Shown piece by piece: positions 1-8,606 of a stretch of DNA of 32,608 nucleotides. Below the pieces are notes generated by a model. It was not told where the DNA came from. It did no database searches and was given only the letters and a program-made list of their open reading frames with translations. The stretch comes from Cycloclasticus sp. GTDB taxonomy: Bacteria; Pseudomonadota; Gammaproteobacteria; Methylococcales; Cycloclasticaceae. The stretch spans positions 1-32,608 of the forward strand of contig DUCA01000074.1 of NCBI GenBank assembly GCA_012960055.1, read 5' to 3'. Both the position numbers and the translations under genes were made by a program. The stretch's first letter is position 1; each line of letters starts with the position of its first letter.

Positions 1-129
1 ATTATTATCATTAACGCGGTGTTCTTAGGCGTTATGCCCTATCAGTATCAAATCGTCGGCATGGTAATGATTTTTGCAGGCAGTTTTTATGCGGGGTTGA
101 GACCCGCCGATTCACCAAAAAAACGTTAA
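1..129 (+). CDS. 3' end of a DMT/EamA-family transporter (partial)
   Basis: Frame 1 reads IIIINAVFLGVMPYQYQIVGMVMIFAGSFYAGLRPADSPKKR* (TAA 127-129). The FLG-x-P...QIVG-x-x-x-I-x-x-G pattern is typical of EamA C-terminal helices. Not in the ORF track. Confidence 0.7.
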   Translation: MIIINAVFLGVMPYQYQIVGMVMIFAGSFYAGLRPADSPKKR

Positions 130-262
130 TCACTATTCAGTATAAAAAACATAACTGCGCACGAATTTAGTGACGCTAGCAAGCCGCCGTTGTTTGTAAA
201 GTGCCCTGCATTAATGAATAATGTTTAAGCTATAAACCCTATACAACGATGAGTACAACGAC

Positions 263-1465
263 ATGTTAGATGCCTACATCTATGACGGCGTAAGAACCGC
301 CTTTGGTAAATACTGCGGCGCTCTGGCCCCTGTTAGGCCGGACGATTTAGCCGCCAGTGTGATTAAGGCACTGGTGGAACGTAACGACTTTAACCCCGCG
401 TTAATTGATGACGTTATCTTGGGTTGTGTTTGCCAGTCCGGTGAGGACAGCCGAAACATCGCGCGTTATGCCAGTCTATTGGCTGGTTTGCCCGTTGAAG
501 TGGGAGCGCAAACCGTTAACCGCTTATGCGCCAGTAGTTTGGCGGCGATTTTAGATTCCGCACGCGCCATTAGCTGTGGCGAAGGCGAGGTGTATATTGC
601 AGGTGGCGTAGAAAGTATGACACGCGCGCCGCTGACGTTTAATAAGAGCAATACGGCCTACAGTAAAGACATCAGCATCTACGACAGCGCCATTGGCGTG
701 CGTTTTCCAAATCCAACATTTGGCAAACTATACGGCCATGAGAGCATGCCAGAAACTGCCGAGAACGTTGCTCAGGCCGAAAATATCAGTCGTGAAGCCT
801 GCGATGATTTTGCTTATCGTTCACAACAAAAATGGGCTGATGCAACGGCTAAAGGCTATTTTAAAGACGACATCGTTGCGATTAACATTCCGCAAAAAAG
901 GGGCAAGGTAGATATCATCGTTGATACCGATGAACACCCTAGGCCAAATGCTGCTGCCGACAAAATGGCCTCCATGAATTCATTGCTCGACGGCGGCGTT
1001 GTAACGGCGGCTAATGCATCCGGCCTTAACGACGGCGCAGTCGCTGTGTTAATGGCAAACAACGCATTTGGGCAGCAACATCAAATCAAACCTATCGCGC
1101 GTGTACTCGGCGGTGCATCGGCGGGTGTCGAACCGTCACTCATGGGCTTAGGCCCTGTACCAGCCAGCCAGAAAGTTCTTAAACGCTTAGGCTTAACCCT
1201 AGAGCAAATGGATGTTATTGAAATTAACGAAGCCTTTGCAGCACAAGTACTTGGCGACTTAAAACAGCTGGGGCTAGCCGACGATGACCCGCGTGTTAAC
1301 CCTAACGGTGGCGCTATAGCCGTTGGCCACCCGCTTGGCGCTTCCGGTGCGCGCATTGCGCTAACGGCTGCGCGCCAATTGCAAAGAACAGGCGGCCGCT
1401 ATGCACTTATTACCATGTGCATTGGTGTTGGCCAAGGGCTGGCGGTCGTTATTGAACGAGCATAA
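263..1465 (+). CDS. Acetyl-CoA C-acyltransferase (thiolase), PcaF/PaaJ (3-oxoadipyl-CoA thiolase)-like
   Basis: Catalytic motifs NRLCASS, NEAFAAQ, GHPLGASG and CIGVGQG; N-terminal DAYIYDGVRTAFG...RPDDLAA is typical of PcaF/PaaJ. Confidence 0.92.
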   Translation: MLDAYIYDGVRTAFGKYCGALAPVRPDDLAASVIKALVERNDFNPALIDDVILGCVCQSGEDSRNIARYASLLAGLPVEVGAQTVNRLCASSLAAILDSARAISCGEGEVYIAGGVESMTRAPLTFNKSNTAYSKDISIYDSAIGVRFPNPTFGKLYGHESMPETAENVAQAENISREACDDFAYRSQQKWADATAKGYFKDDIVAINIPQKRGKVDIIVDTDEHPRPNAAADKMASMNSLLDGGVVTAANASGLNDGAVAVLMANNAFGQQHQIKPIARVLGGASAGVEPSLMGLGPVPASQKVLKRLGLTLEQMDVIEINEAFAAQVLGDLKQLGLADDDPRVNPNGGAIAVGHPLGASGARIALTAARQLQRTGGRYALITMCIGVGQGLAVVIERA

Positions 1466-1494
1466 TCACCACCATCACACCCGTCCAATACACG

Positions 1495-2400
1495 TTAGAC
1501 GGGGTCCCAGCTAAACACATCGGCAGATACGTCTAACGGGTAAAAGCTGTTTTTAAGCGCAGGAATCGCATGCTCTGCAATGGTTTCAGGCGTCCACCCT
1601 TGTGAGCGATGCGCAGAACGTTGTGGTCTGGATTGCCCCATCAAAAATATTTCGTTATTACGCACCGCAAAAATTTGCCCTGTCACGTCTTTCGCCGCAT
1701 CGGTCGCTAAATAGGTCGCCATAACGCCTACTTTGTCTGGTGTCATTTGCTTTAACTTCTCAACACGTGCTTGTTGTGCTGGCGTGTCCACAGGGATTGC
1801 GCTGGTCATTCTGCTCCAGGCAAACGGTGCAATACAATTTGAACGAACGTTATAACGCTGCATATCCAACGCAATACTTTTAGACAACGCGGCGATACCT
1901 AGTTTTGCAGCTGAATAGTTGGCCTGACCCACATTCCCAATCAAGCCCGATGTGGATGTCATAAACACAAAACTACCACTTTCCTGTTTACGGAAATGTT
2001 GCGCGGCCACATGGGCGGTATTAAAACTGCCATTTAAATGCACGTTAATAACAGCGTGCCAATCGTCCGGTGTCATTTTGTGGAAAATCTTATCGCGTAA
2101 AATACCGGCGTTGTTCACCACCGTGTCAATGCGGCCAAAGTGATCAATGGCCGCTTGCACCATCGATTCTGCACCCGATAATTCAGCAACACTGTCGCCG
2201 TTAATAACCGCTTCGCCGCCCGCTGCACGAATCGTTTCAACCACTTCTTCAGCATGGCTCATATCAATGCCATCGCCACCTAAACTTGCGCCTAAATCAT
2301 TCACCACAATCTTCGCACCCTGCTTTGCCATTTCTATCGCAATCGCTCTACCAATGCCACGGCCCGCACCTGTTACCAGTGCCACTTTACCTTTCATCAT
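1495..2400 (-). CDS. SDR oxidoreductase, MFE-2-like 3-hydroxyacyl-CoA dehydrogenase subgroup
   Basis: TGAGRGIG, VVNDLG, NNAGILRD, GQANYSAAK (YxxxK). Confidence 0.88.
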   Translation of the reverse strand: MMKGKVALVTGAGRGIGRAIAIEMAKQGAKIVVNDLGASLGGDGIDMSHAEEVVETIRAAGGEAVINGDSVAELSGAESMVQAAIDHFGRIDTVVNNAGILRDKIFHKMTPDDWHAVINVHLNGSFNTAHVAAQHFRKQESGSFVFMTSTSGLIGNVGQANYSAAKLGIAALSKSIALDMQRYNVRSNCIAPFAWSRMTSAIPVDTPAQQARVEKLKQMTPDKVGVMATYLATDAAKDVTGQIFAVRNNEIFLMGQSRPQRSAHRSQGWTPETIAEHAIPALKNSFYPLDVSADVFSWDPV

Positions 2401-2429
2401 TTAATTATTTCCTGTATCGGGTGTTGAAT

Positions 2430-3908
2430 TTAATAACGCTCAAAGTACTCTCGGTGTTCCCAATCTGTCACCGTCGATAAAAAGCGATGAATCTCATGGC
2501 GTTTGAGCATTAGGTAATAATCCACAAACGTATTACCGATAACTTTTCTTAGTAATTCAGACTCATCCAATGCCGTTACCGCTTCCATTAAACTGGCTGG
2601 CAAAGGCGTTTTATCGGTTTGAGCATAGGGGTCGTTTAGTGGTGGCCCAGGGTCTTTTTTGGTTTCGATACCGTCCATCCCAGCTGCCAATTGCGAAGCG
2701 AAAAACAAATAGGGGTTCGCGGCAGGTTCGCCTGAACGATTTTCTATGTGCGCGGAAGGGTCGCCCGCATTAGCCAACCTTAAACAGGCAGCTTTATTAT
2801 CGACAGACCACACTGCTCGGTTCGGCGCCAGTGCGTTTGCATTCATGCGTTTATAACCATTGATGGTTGGGTTAGAAAAAGCCGTACAGGCACGGGCGTG
2901 TTCAATTAAACCGGCAACATACTGTTGCCCAATGGGCGATAAAAACTGCGCCTCATCCGTAGTTGCAAATGCGTTATCACCACTTTTAAGGTCCACCAAC
3001 GATTGGTGCAAATGCCAGCCCGACGAATATACATTGGGTAACGCAGGCTTGCACATAAAGCTAACCAAATAACCGTGACGCCTAGCCAATTGTTTTAGCG
3101 TTGTACGCATGAGCACCATGGCATCTGCCGCTTGCATGGCGGGTAATGGCTCCATTGTAATTTCACACTGCCCAGGGCCCCACTCATCTTCTAGTGAACG
3201 AATGGGTAATTCTAGCGCTGCTAAATGCTGGTGAAATAATTCCATCAGTGGCGCAACCTCGTCTAGGTTTTGTTCGCCCTGATATTGATACGCGTGAGCC
3301 AGTGGCGATACGCTGGGTGGTTCAGCTGGTTGTGTTGACGCCTGCATGGTGAGATGTGGGTCATCAATTTTGAATACATGAAATTCAACTTCCAGCCCAA
3401 TCAATAATTCATACCCTTTTGCATGAAGGTCTTGTAATTGATTTGCCAAAATAGCCCGCGGTGAAAACGGCATAACAGCGCCCGATTTTAAATACAAATC
3501 AGACAACACCCAAGCGGTGCTATCGCCCCAAGGAAGCAGGCGGAACGTTGTTGGATCTGGCACCAGCACCATATCGCCGGCACCGCCCATTTCTGCGTTA
3601 CCAAAGCCGCCGTCTTCACTGAACACAGGCAAGAAAATGTTATTGGCTGAATCCATCGCAAAAATGGCATGGGTACTGGCCAAACCATTTTTTAACACCG
3701 CTATAAATTGTTTAACCGGCAACATCTTGCCCCGCGTTAAACCGTGTTGATCGCAATACGTCACGCGAACATATTTAATGCCCTCTTCTTCTACCCGCTG
3801 AACAAGCTCTTTAGCCGCCTTAATTTGTTCGCTGTTCCACAAACCGTGTTTGCTGATAAAGTTATCTAAGCCTATCGACGATATTACATTGTTATTTTTC
3901 TTGCTCAT
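2430..3908 (-). CDS. tdnQ: Glutamine synthetase-like gamma-glutamyl:aromatic amine ligase (TdnQ/AtdA1 type)
   Basis: GS metal/substrate motifs GLEVEF, EWGPGQCE, SGWHLHQS, NGYKR, HIENRSGEPAANPY. The Glu-flap is absent (NANALAP). FISKHGLW, DQHGLTRGK and VPDPTTFRLLPW match TdnQ/AtdA1 as I remember them. Same operon as an AtdA3/A4-like oxygenase. Confidence 0.85.
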   Translation of the reverse strand: MSKKNNNVISSIGLDNFISKHGLWNSEQIKAAKELVQRVEEEGIKYVRVTYCDQHGLTRGKMLPVKQFIAVLKNGLASTHAIFAMDSANNIFLPVFSEDGGFGNAEMGGAGDMVLVPDPTTFRLLPWGDSTAWVLSDLYLKSGAVMPFSPRAILANQLQDLHAKGYELLIGLEVEFHVFKIDDPHLTMQASTQPAEPPSVSPLAHAYQYQGEQNLDEVAPLMELFHQHLAALELPIRSLEDEWGPGQCEITMEPLPAMQAADAMVLMRTTLKQLARRHGYLVSFMCKPALPNVYSSGWHLHQSLVDLKSGDNAFATTDEAQFLSPIGQQYVAGLIEHARACTAFSNPTINGYKRMNANALAPNRAVWSVDNKAACLRLANAGDPSAHIENRSGEPAANPYLFFASQLAAGMDGIETKKDPGPPLNDPYAQTDKTPLPASLMEAVTALDESELLRKVIGNTFVDYYLMLKRHEIHRFLSTVTDWEHREYFERY

Positions 3909-3944
3909 TCCCGCTCTCCAAATTGTGTTTTTATGCCAATGTAT

Positions 3945-4538
3945 TTACAAGAAAAAAGTATTATTTTCTTGTAAACAATCCGCATCGATTAAATTGATTT
4001 GCTTAACCGCAATTTTCCAGTCGTTCTTTTCTTTGACCAACGAATACCCCATCCACCCTGACAAAATTCTATGTTTATCGTTAAACAAGGCGTCAATAAT
4101 AAAGCTGGCACGCGCACGTATTTCATTCGTATCACCTTGCCAATATTCAACATGACCCAATATATGCCGTGTCCGAATAACCGGCACCATCGAATAGGCA
4201 ACGCCGGTACGAATACGCGCCACACGGTCTTGCAAACGTCGCTTATCGTGAAATTCCAAGGTGATTTCTTGCCGTGGATCAGCCGCAGGGTAGCTAGATG
4301 GTATCCAATAAACACTCTCATCGCTGTAACAATCTAACCAAGCTTCTAAGCGTAAATCATCCGCCAAACGCGCTTCAGCAACAATCAAACTCTCGCAAGC
4401 TTGTTTGTCCGTGCCATCGATAGACAAGGCAGGAGAAACGCCATCATCTAGCCGCCAATCATCAACCAGCCGCATCAGCCGATCATAAAACGCATCATTT
4501 AAATAGTAAGACGTTTGAGAATTGCTTTTGTCCGTCAT
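3945..4538 (-). CDS. tdnA2: Ring-hydroxylating dioxygenase beta subunit, aniline dioxygenase TdnA2/AtdA4-like
   Basis: EARLADD, YWIP, EFHDKRRLQDRVARIRTGVAYS, LSGWMGY and C-terminal NNTFFL resemble AtdA4 (recalled ending NNSFFL). Lies directly after the alpha subunit. Confidence 0.85.
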   Translation of the reverse strand: MTDKSNSQTSYYLNDAFYDRLMRLVDDWRLDDGVSPALSIDGTDKQACESLIVAEARLADDLRLEAWLDCYSDESVYWIPSSYPAADPRQEITLEFHDKRRLQDRVARIRTGVAYSMVPVIRTRHILGHVEYWQGDTNEIRARASFIIDALFNDKHRILSGWMGYSLVKEKNDWKIAVKQINLIDADCLQENNTFFL

Positions 4539-4544
4539 ATCACT

Positions 4545-5849
4545 TTATCCTAAGGTTGATTCATCGGATGATTCCATCAGCTTTTTCCACTCGGCATAAT
4601 AAGCACGCATATGGATATCTGACGAGATAACCGATGTGACGATGCCATTTTCATCCGTACGGTCGACCTGAGTATGCAAATGCCGAGATATATCAATCCA
4701 ATCTATCTCCCGTTCTTGCATACCTTTGAAACAGGCCTCAAAATTGGCCGTGTCGTCTGGCTCACCAAACGCTGTGAAATCTTCTTGCGTACGCATACGC
4801 AGCGTATTCACCGTGGCTGGCACATTATCAATGGTTGTTGAATACCACGTCATATCCGACAAGCCAACGGCCAACGGCGTAATCACCTGCAATTGGTTAC
4901 CAATAAACAGTAAATTGGGGAAAATATTTAAATTCATTCCCGCGCCTGTCGACATTTCAAAATACTCTTTGGCTTGTTGCTCACCCACCTCTTGGCTTAA
5001 CTGCTCAACAATCGCCTCTCGCCCCGGTTGTGGCCGCTGGCGATCAAACGCTGACGCTTCATACATACACGGGCGTTGATCTAAAAAAGTATGGCCATTA
5101 CCCAAATCTTGCGAATACATTGGCGTGGCATCAATTCCACCAGAAAAATAATCTAAGTCCATGCCCGCGCCATAGCGCTGCTGGGTCATTTGCAACAACG
5201 ACTGGTGAGAAAACTCGGGATGATAGCCATCGCCAGCATTGTCATACAAACACTTCCAATTAGCATGCACGCTATATTGTTGCGCACCACTGATGCGGAT
5301 AGCCTTGTGGTCGCCACCGTTATGCTCTATCCACTCGTCAATGCGCTCTGCAGCCGATTTAAGGTGATGCTTGATGCCTTTTTTACCTTTGTCAGCATTC
5401 AACGTCGCAAAAATAAACCCGCGGTATTCGGCCACGTAAGGGACTTTCTTTAAATTAAAGCTTTGTTTATTGAAGCCGTCGCCGTAGGCATCCTCATGAG
5501 GAACCGCTGCACATTCACCCGTATTTCGGAACGTCCAACCATGATAAGGGCAGGTAAAAAACGGAGTTTTATCGCCTTTCTTCTCTCTACAAACCGTTGC
5601 CCCTCTATGCGTGCAACGATTAAGCAACACATGAACTTCACGCGTTTTATCGCGCGTAACAATAACCGAACGCAGGCCCATTTTGCGCGCCACATAACTA
5701 TTAGGCTCAGGTATCTCGCTGGCATGTGCAAGGTATACCCACGTTTCACTAAACACGGTTTGCTGTTCACGAGAAAAGATATCCTCGTCTGTATAAACCG
5801 TACGATGAACACGTCCTGCTTGCACAATATCATCAAATTTCTTTGTCAT
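4545..5849 (-). CDS. tdnA1: Rieske ring-hydroxylating dioxygenase alpha subunit, aniline dioxygenase TdnA1/AtdA3-like
   Basis: Rieske motif CTH...CPYH and mononuclear Fe motif DGYHPEFSH. The segments GRVHR.VYT, DNAGDGYH..FSHQSLLQMT, QRPQPGRE, GAGMNLNIFPNLL.IGNQ and RMRTQEDF match AtdA3/TdnA1 as remembered. Confidence 0.9.
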   Translation of the reverse strand: MTKKFDDIVQAGRVHRTVYTDEDIFSREQQTVFSETWVYLAHASEIPEPNSYVARKMGLRSVIVTRDKTREVHVLLNRCTHRGATVCREKKGDKTPFFTCPYHGWTFRNTGECAAVPHEDAYGDGFNKQSFNLKKVPYVAEYRGFIFATLNADKGKKGIKHHLKSAAERIDEWIEHNGGDHKAIRISGAQQYSVHANWKCLYDNAGDGYHPEFSHQSLLQMTQQRYGAGMDLDYFSGGIDATPMYSQDLGNGHTFLDQRPCMYEASAFDRQRPQPGREAIVEQLSQEVGEQQAKEYFEMSTGAGMNLNIFPNLLFIGNQLQVITPLAVGLSDMTWYSTTIDNVPATVNTLRMRTQEDFTAFGEPDDTANFEACFKGMQEREIDWIDISRHLHTQVDRTDENGIVTSVISSDIHMRAYYAEWKKLMESSDESTLG

Positions 5850-5968
5850 TTCAATGTCTATTTCTAGGGAATTTAAAGCCCTTAATTGTGCTAGGATAAA
5901 TTCTATATATCAATAACTAAAGTCATTTTTTATAGCGCATAATGTTGTTTTAACGGCGACTCAATTCA

Positions 5969-6688
5969 ATGAAAATACACGTTCTACATCACGTCTATCT
6001 ACCCATTAAACACGGTATTACTGCATTTCTTGATGCCAGCCCTCATGATGTTAGCCATACCCAGTTGTACGAAGAACATTCTTTTCCTGCCATTTCAGAC
6101 ATCGATTGGCTCATTATCATGGGCGGCCCCATGAGCACAAATGACGAAAAAACATTGCCTTGGTTAACAGCCGAGAAAGCATTTATAAAAAGCGTCATCG
6201 AGGCTGGCAAAACTGTTTTCGGTATCTGCTTGGGCGCGCAACTAATAGCCGATGCCTTGGGCGCCCGCGTTACCACCATGGAATACCCCGAATTTGGCTG
6301 GCACTCGGTATCGCCTTCACCCGACATTGAAAACACCCTGCTAGCCGATGTATTTAACCAAGATTTAACGTTCTTCCATTCACACGGGGACATGTTTGAC
6401 ATACCAATGGGCGCAAAGAAAATTGGCGCCAGTCAGGCTTGCCCAAACCAAGGGTTTACCTATAAAAACCACGTGATTGCCATCCAGTTTCACCCTGAAA
6501 TTACAGCAGAACTCGCTGATTTATTTACTGCTCACCGTGACAAGGTGTGGCAGAAAAGCCCTTTTTGCCAGTTTGAACATTCAACCGACCAAGACAACCC
6601 GCTTTTCCACTCATCATCGAAGCTTATCAACAGCATCATGCAAGCAATAGAACAGCAGGCTTTCAACTCTTCAGCTAAACCAGACTAA
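5969..6688 (+). CDS. Class I glutamine amidotransferase-like protein (putative gamma-glutamyl amide hydrolase)
   Basis: MGGPMS, GICLGAQ (nucleophile Cys), QFHPE (His-Glu); stand-alone GAT domain. Confidence 0.88.
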   Translation: MKIHVLHHVYLPIKHGITAFLDASPHDVSHTQLYEEHSFPAISDIDWLIIMGGPMSTNDEKTLPWLTAEKAFIKSVIEAGKTVFGICLGAQLIADALGARVTTMEYPEFGWHSVSPSPDIENTLLADVFNQDLTFFHSHGDMFDIPMGAKKIGASQACPNQGFTYKNHVIAIQFHPEITAELADLFTAHRDKVWQKSPFCQFEHSTDQDNPLFHSSSKLINSIMQAIEQQAFNSSAKPD

Positions 6689-6756
6689 GCCCCTTGCTAA
6701 TCGGCCTATAACAATCTCAATTTTCTGCCCAACTTACATAACGGTCACGACGGTGT

Positions 6757-7557
6757 TTAGCAGCCTTTAAAATCTGCGTCCCTTTTTTCAAAAATAGCAT
6801 CCATGGCTTCTTTATGATCTTTCGTGCGATGCGATACCGCCTGCATCACCGCTGCCATTTGCAAATGTGTATCCAGCCCTGTTTTTTGCCCTTCGCGCAT
6901 CAATTGTTTTGCCATACGCACAGAAATAGGCGGGTTAACCGCTACCCGTTTCGCCAGCGCCCGTGCTTCATCCATCAATTGATCGTCCGCAACCACTTTA
7001 GAAACTAACCCACAAGCTAGTGCTTCTTGGGCGCTGATGGGGTCGCCGGTGAAGGCCATTTCTGCAGCTTTAGCTAGACCAACCGCTCGCGGTAATAACC
7101 AAGCACCCCCGTCACCGGGGATAATACCTAACTTTACAAAACTTTCGGCAAATCGAGCGCTTTGCGCGGCAATACGCATGTCACACATGCAAGTTAAATC
7201 GCAGCCTGCACCAATCGCCGGGCCGTTAACAGCGGCAATAATCGGTACATCTAACTTCTCAAAGGCTAACGGAATACGTTGAATGCCCTCACGATACCAA
7301 GTGGCCAGTTCGTGCGGCGTTTTATCCGATTCAGTCATCTGCGCACGAATCTCTTTAATGTTACCGCCAGATGAAAATGCTGAGCCGTTGCCGGTTAAAA
7401 TAATGACCCTAACTTGCGTGTTTTGTTGCGCTTGTTCCGCGTACAACACCAAGGTATCAATCATCTGCCTATTGGTAATCGCATTACGCGTTTCCACGTG
7501 GTTCATACGCCAAATTTCTATGCCGTCTTTAAACTCTTTAATCACTGCGTCTGTCAT
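6757..7557 (-). CDS. Enoyl-CoA hydratase/isomerase (crotonase)
   Basis: FSSGGNI, IAAVNGPAIGAG, FAESFVKLGIIPGDGG. Start moved to the ATG at 7557, which has an AGAAGGA RBS and avoids overlap with the upstream gene. Confidence 0.9.
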   Translation of the reverse strand: MTDAVIKEFKDGIEIWRMNHVETRNAITNRQMIDTLVLYAEQAQQNTQVRVIILTGNGSAFSSGGNIKEIRAQMTESDKTPHELATWYREGIQRIPLAFEKLDVPIIAAVNGPAIGAGCDLTCMCDMRIAAQSARFAESFVKLGIIPGDGGAWLLPRAVGLAKAAEMAFTGDPISAQEALACGLVSKVVADDQLMDEARALAKRVAVNPPISVRMAKQLMREGQKTGLDTHLQMAAVMQAVSHRTKDHKEAMDAIFEKRDADFKGC

Positions 7558-7571
7558 ATTTCCTTCTGCCT

Positions 7572-8606
7572 TTAGGCTGTTTGTTTGGTCAGTTGATGCC
7601 ATATATCGTCACCCGCTAATTGCATAAAATACTCGCCTAGTTGGATCGACCATTCGGCCTCGTTGCCGTATTCATCACGCCAAGACCACAGTCTCCGCGT
7701 GCTCAATTGCAGTGAATACTCCTGTGTAAAGCCAATCGCTGCGTGTACCGCATGCGCCGTTTTCGCCGATATGCCCGCTGCTTCACCGGCGGTAATTTTA
7801 GCCGCTGCAATACATTCCCATTCTTGTTCCGACCCTAAATGAGCCATCGAAGCATCCACCGCGCAACGTGCCGCACTGGTATGTTCGGCCTGTACCGCAA
7901 CCTGCTGTTGCACGGCCTGAAATTTAGCTATTTCACGACCAAATTGTTTACGTTCAGTGGCGTAGTTCACCGTCATTTCCAATGTACGTTGTAACGCACC
8001 GGATAATTGCGCCGCACGTCCCAAGGCCAGCCAACTTTTTATGCGCTCAACTGAAACGCCATCTACAGGTTTAGCATCCCTTAACAGCTGGATTTTAATG
8101 CGAACGTCATCGCGCGGTTCGCCCGCCATGTTCGCACCATTGGTCAGCTGCATATCTTGCTGTTTCACAATACAAATAGAACAACCGTTATCCGTTGGCA
8201 GTACCAACACCATCCCAGCCGCGTAACGTGCCCAAGGCACACCGGCCAATTCAAATTGTTCAGCGTCAGTTAGTCCGGCTTTCACTATCACGGGAATATA
8301 CAATTCATCCGCCACAGCCTGCCCAGACTCGGCCAACAAATACACCGCCATCAACGATTCAACAACCGGAAGCGGCACAGCGTAATACCCCGCCAATCGC
8401 ATCAACACACAACCACCGGCAAGACCTAAGCCCGCACCGCCCTTTTCTTCTGCCAGCATCGTTTGTAGCCAGCCATCGTTTATAAAGGCTTGCCAAAGCG
8501 CTTCGGGGAAAACGCCCGCTTCCATTTCCTCAGCACCATTAGATAAGGCGAAGCCTTCAAACAACTTAGCTGCAGATTCTTCAATTAAATGGCTTAACTC
8601 GTTCAT
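7572..8606 (-). CDS. Acyl-CoA dehydrogenase, short (probably non-catalytic) subunit of a heteromeric pair
   Basis: ERKQFGREIAKFQAVQ and HAAIGFTQEY; 344 aa with a degenerate FAD-binding middle domain; ATGA overlap with the partner gene. Confidence 0.85.
   Translation of the reverse strand: MNELSHLIEESAAKLFEGFALSNGAEEMEAGVFPEALWQAFINDGWLQTMLAEEKGGAGLGLAGGCVLMRLAGYYAVPLPVVESLMAVYLLAESGQAVADELYIPVIVKAGLTDAEQFELAGVPWARYAAGMVLVLPTDNGCSICIVKQQDMQLTNGANMAGEPRDDVRIKIQLLRDAKPVDGVSVERIKSWLALGRAAQLSGALQRTLEMTVNYATERKQFGREIAKFQAVQQQVAVQAEHTSAARCAVDASMAHLGSEQEWECIAAAKITAGEAAGISAKTAHAVHAAIGFTQEYSLQLSTRRLWSWRDEYGNEAEWSIQLGEYFMQLAGDDIWHQLTKQTA

Noticed and set aside
242-261. TACAACGA direct repeat flanking the thiolase RBS
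   Set aside because: Only two 8-mers; compatible with chance and without other support.
2430-3908. Housekeeping glutamine synthetase glnA
   Set aside because: It lacks the DGSS and Glu-flap ammonia-handling features, resembles TdnQ/AtdA1 and sits in an oxygenase operon.
5969-6688. GMP synthase guaA
   Set aside because: Only a stand-alone GAT domain; no ATP-pyrophosphatase domain.
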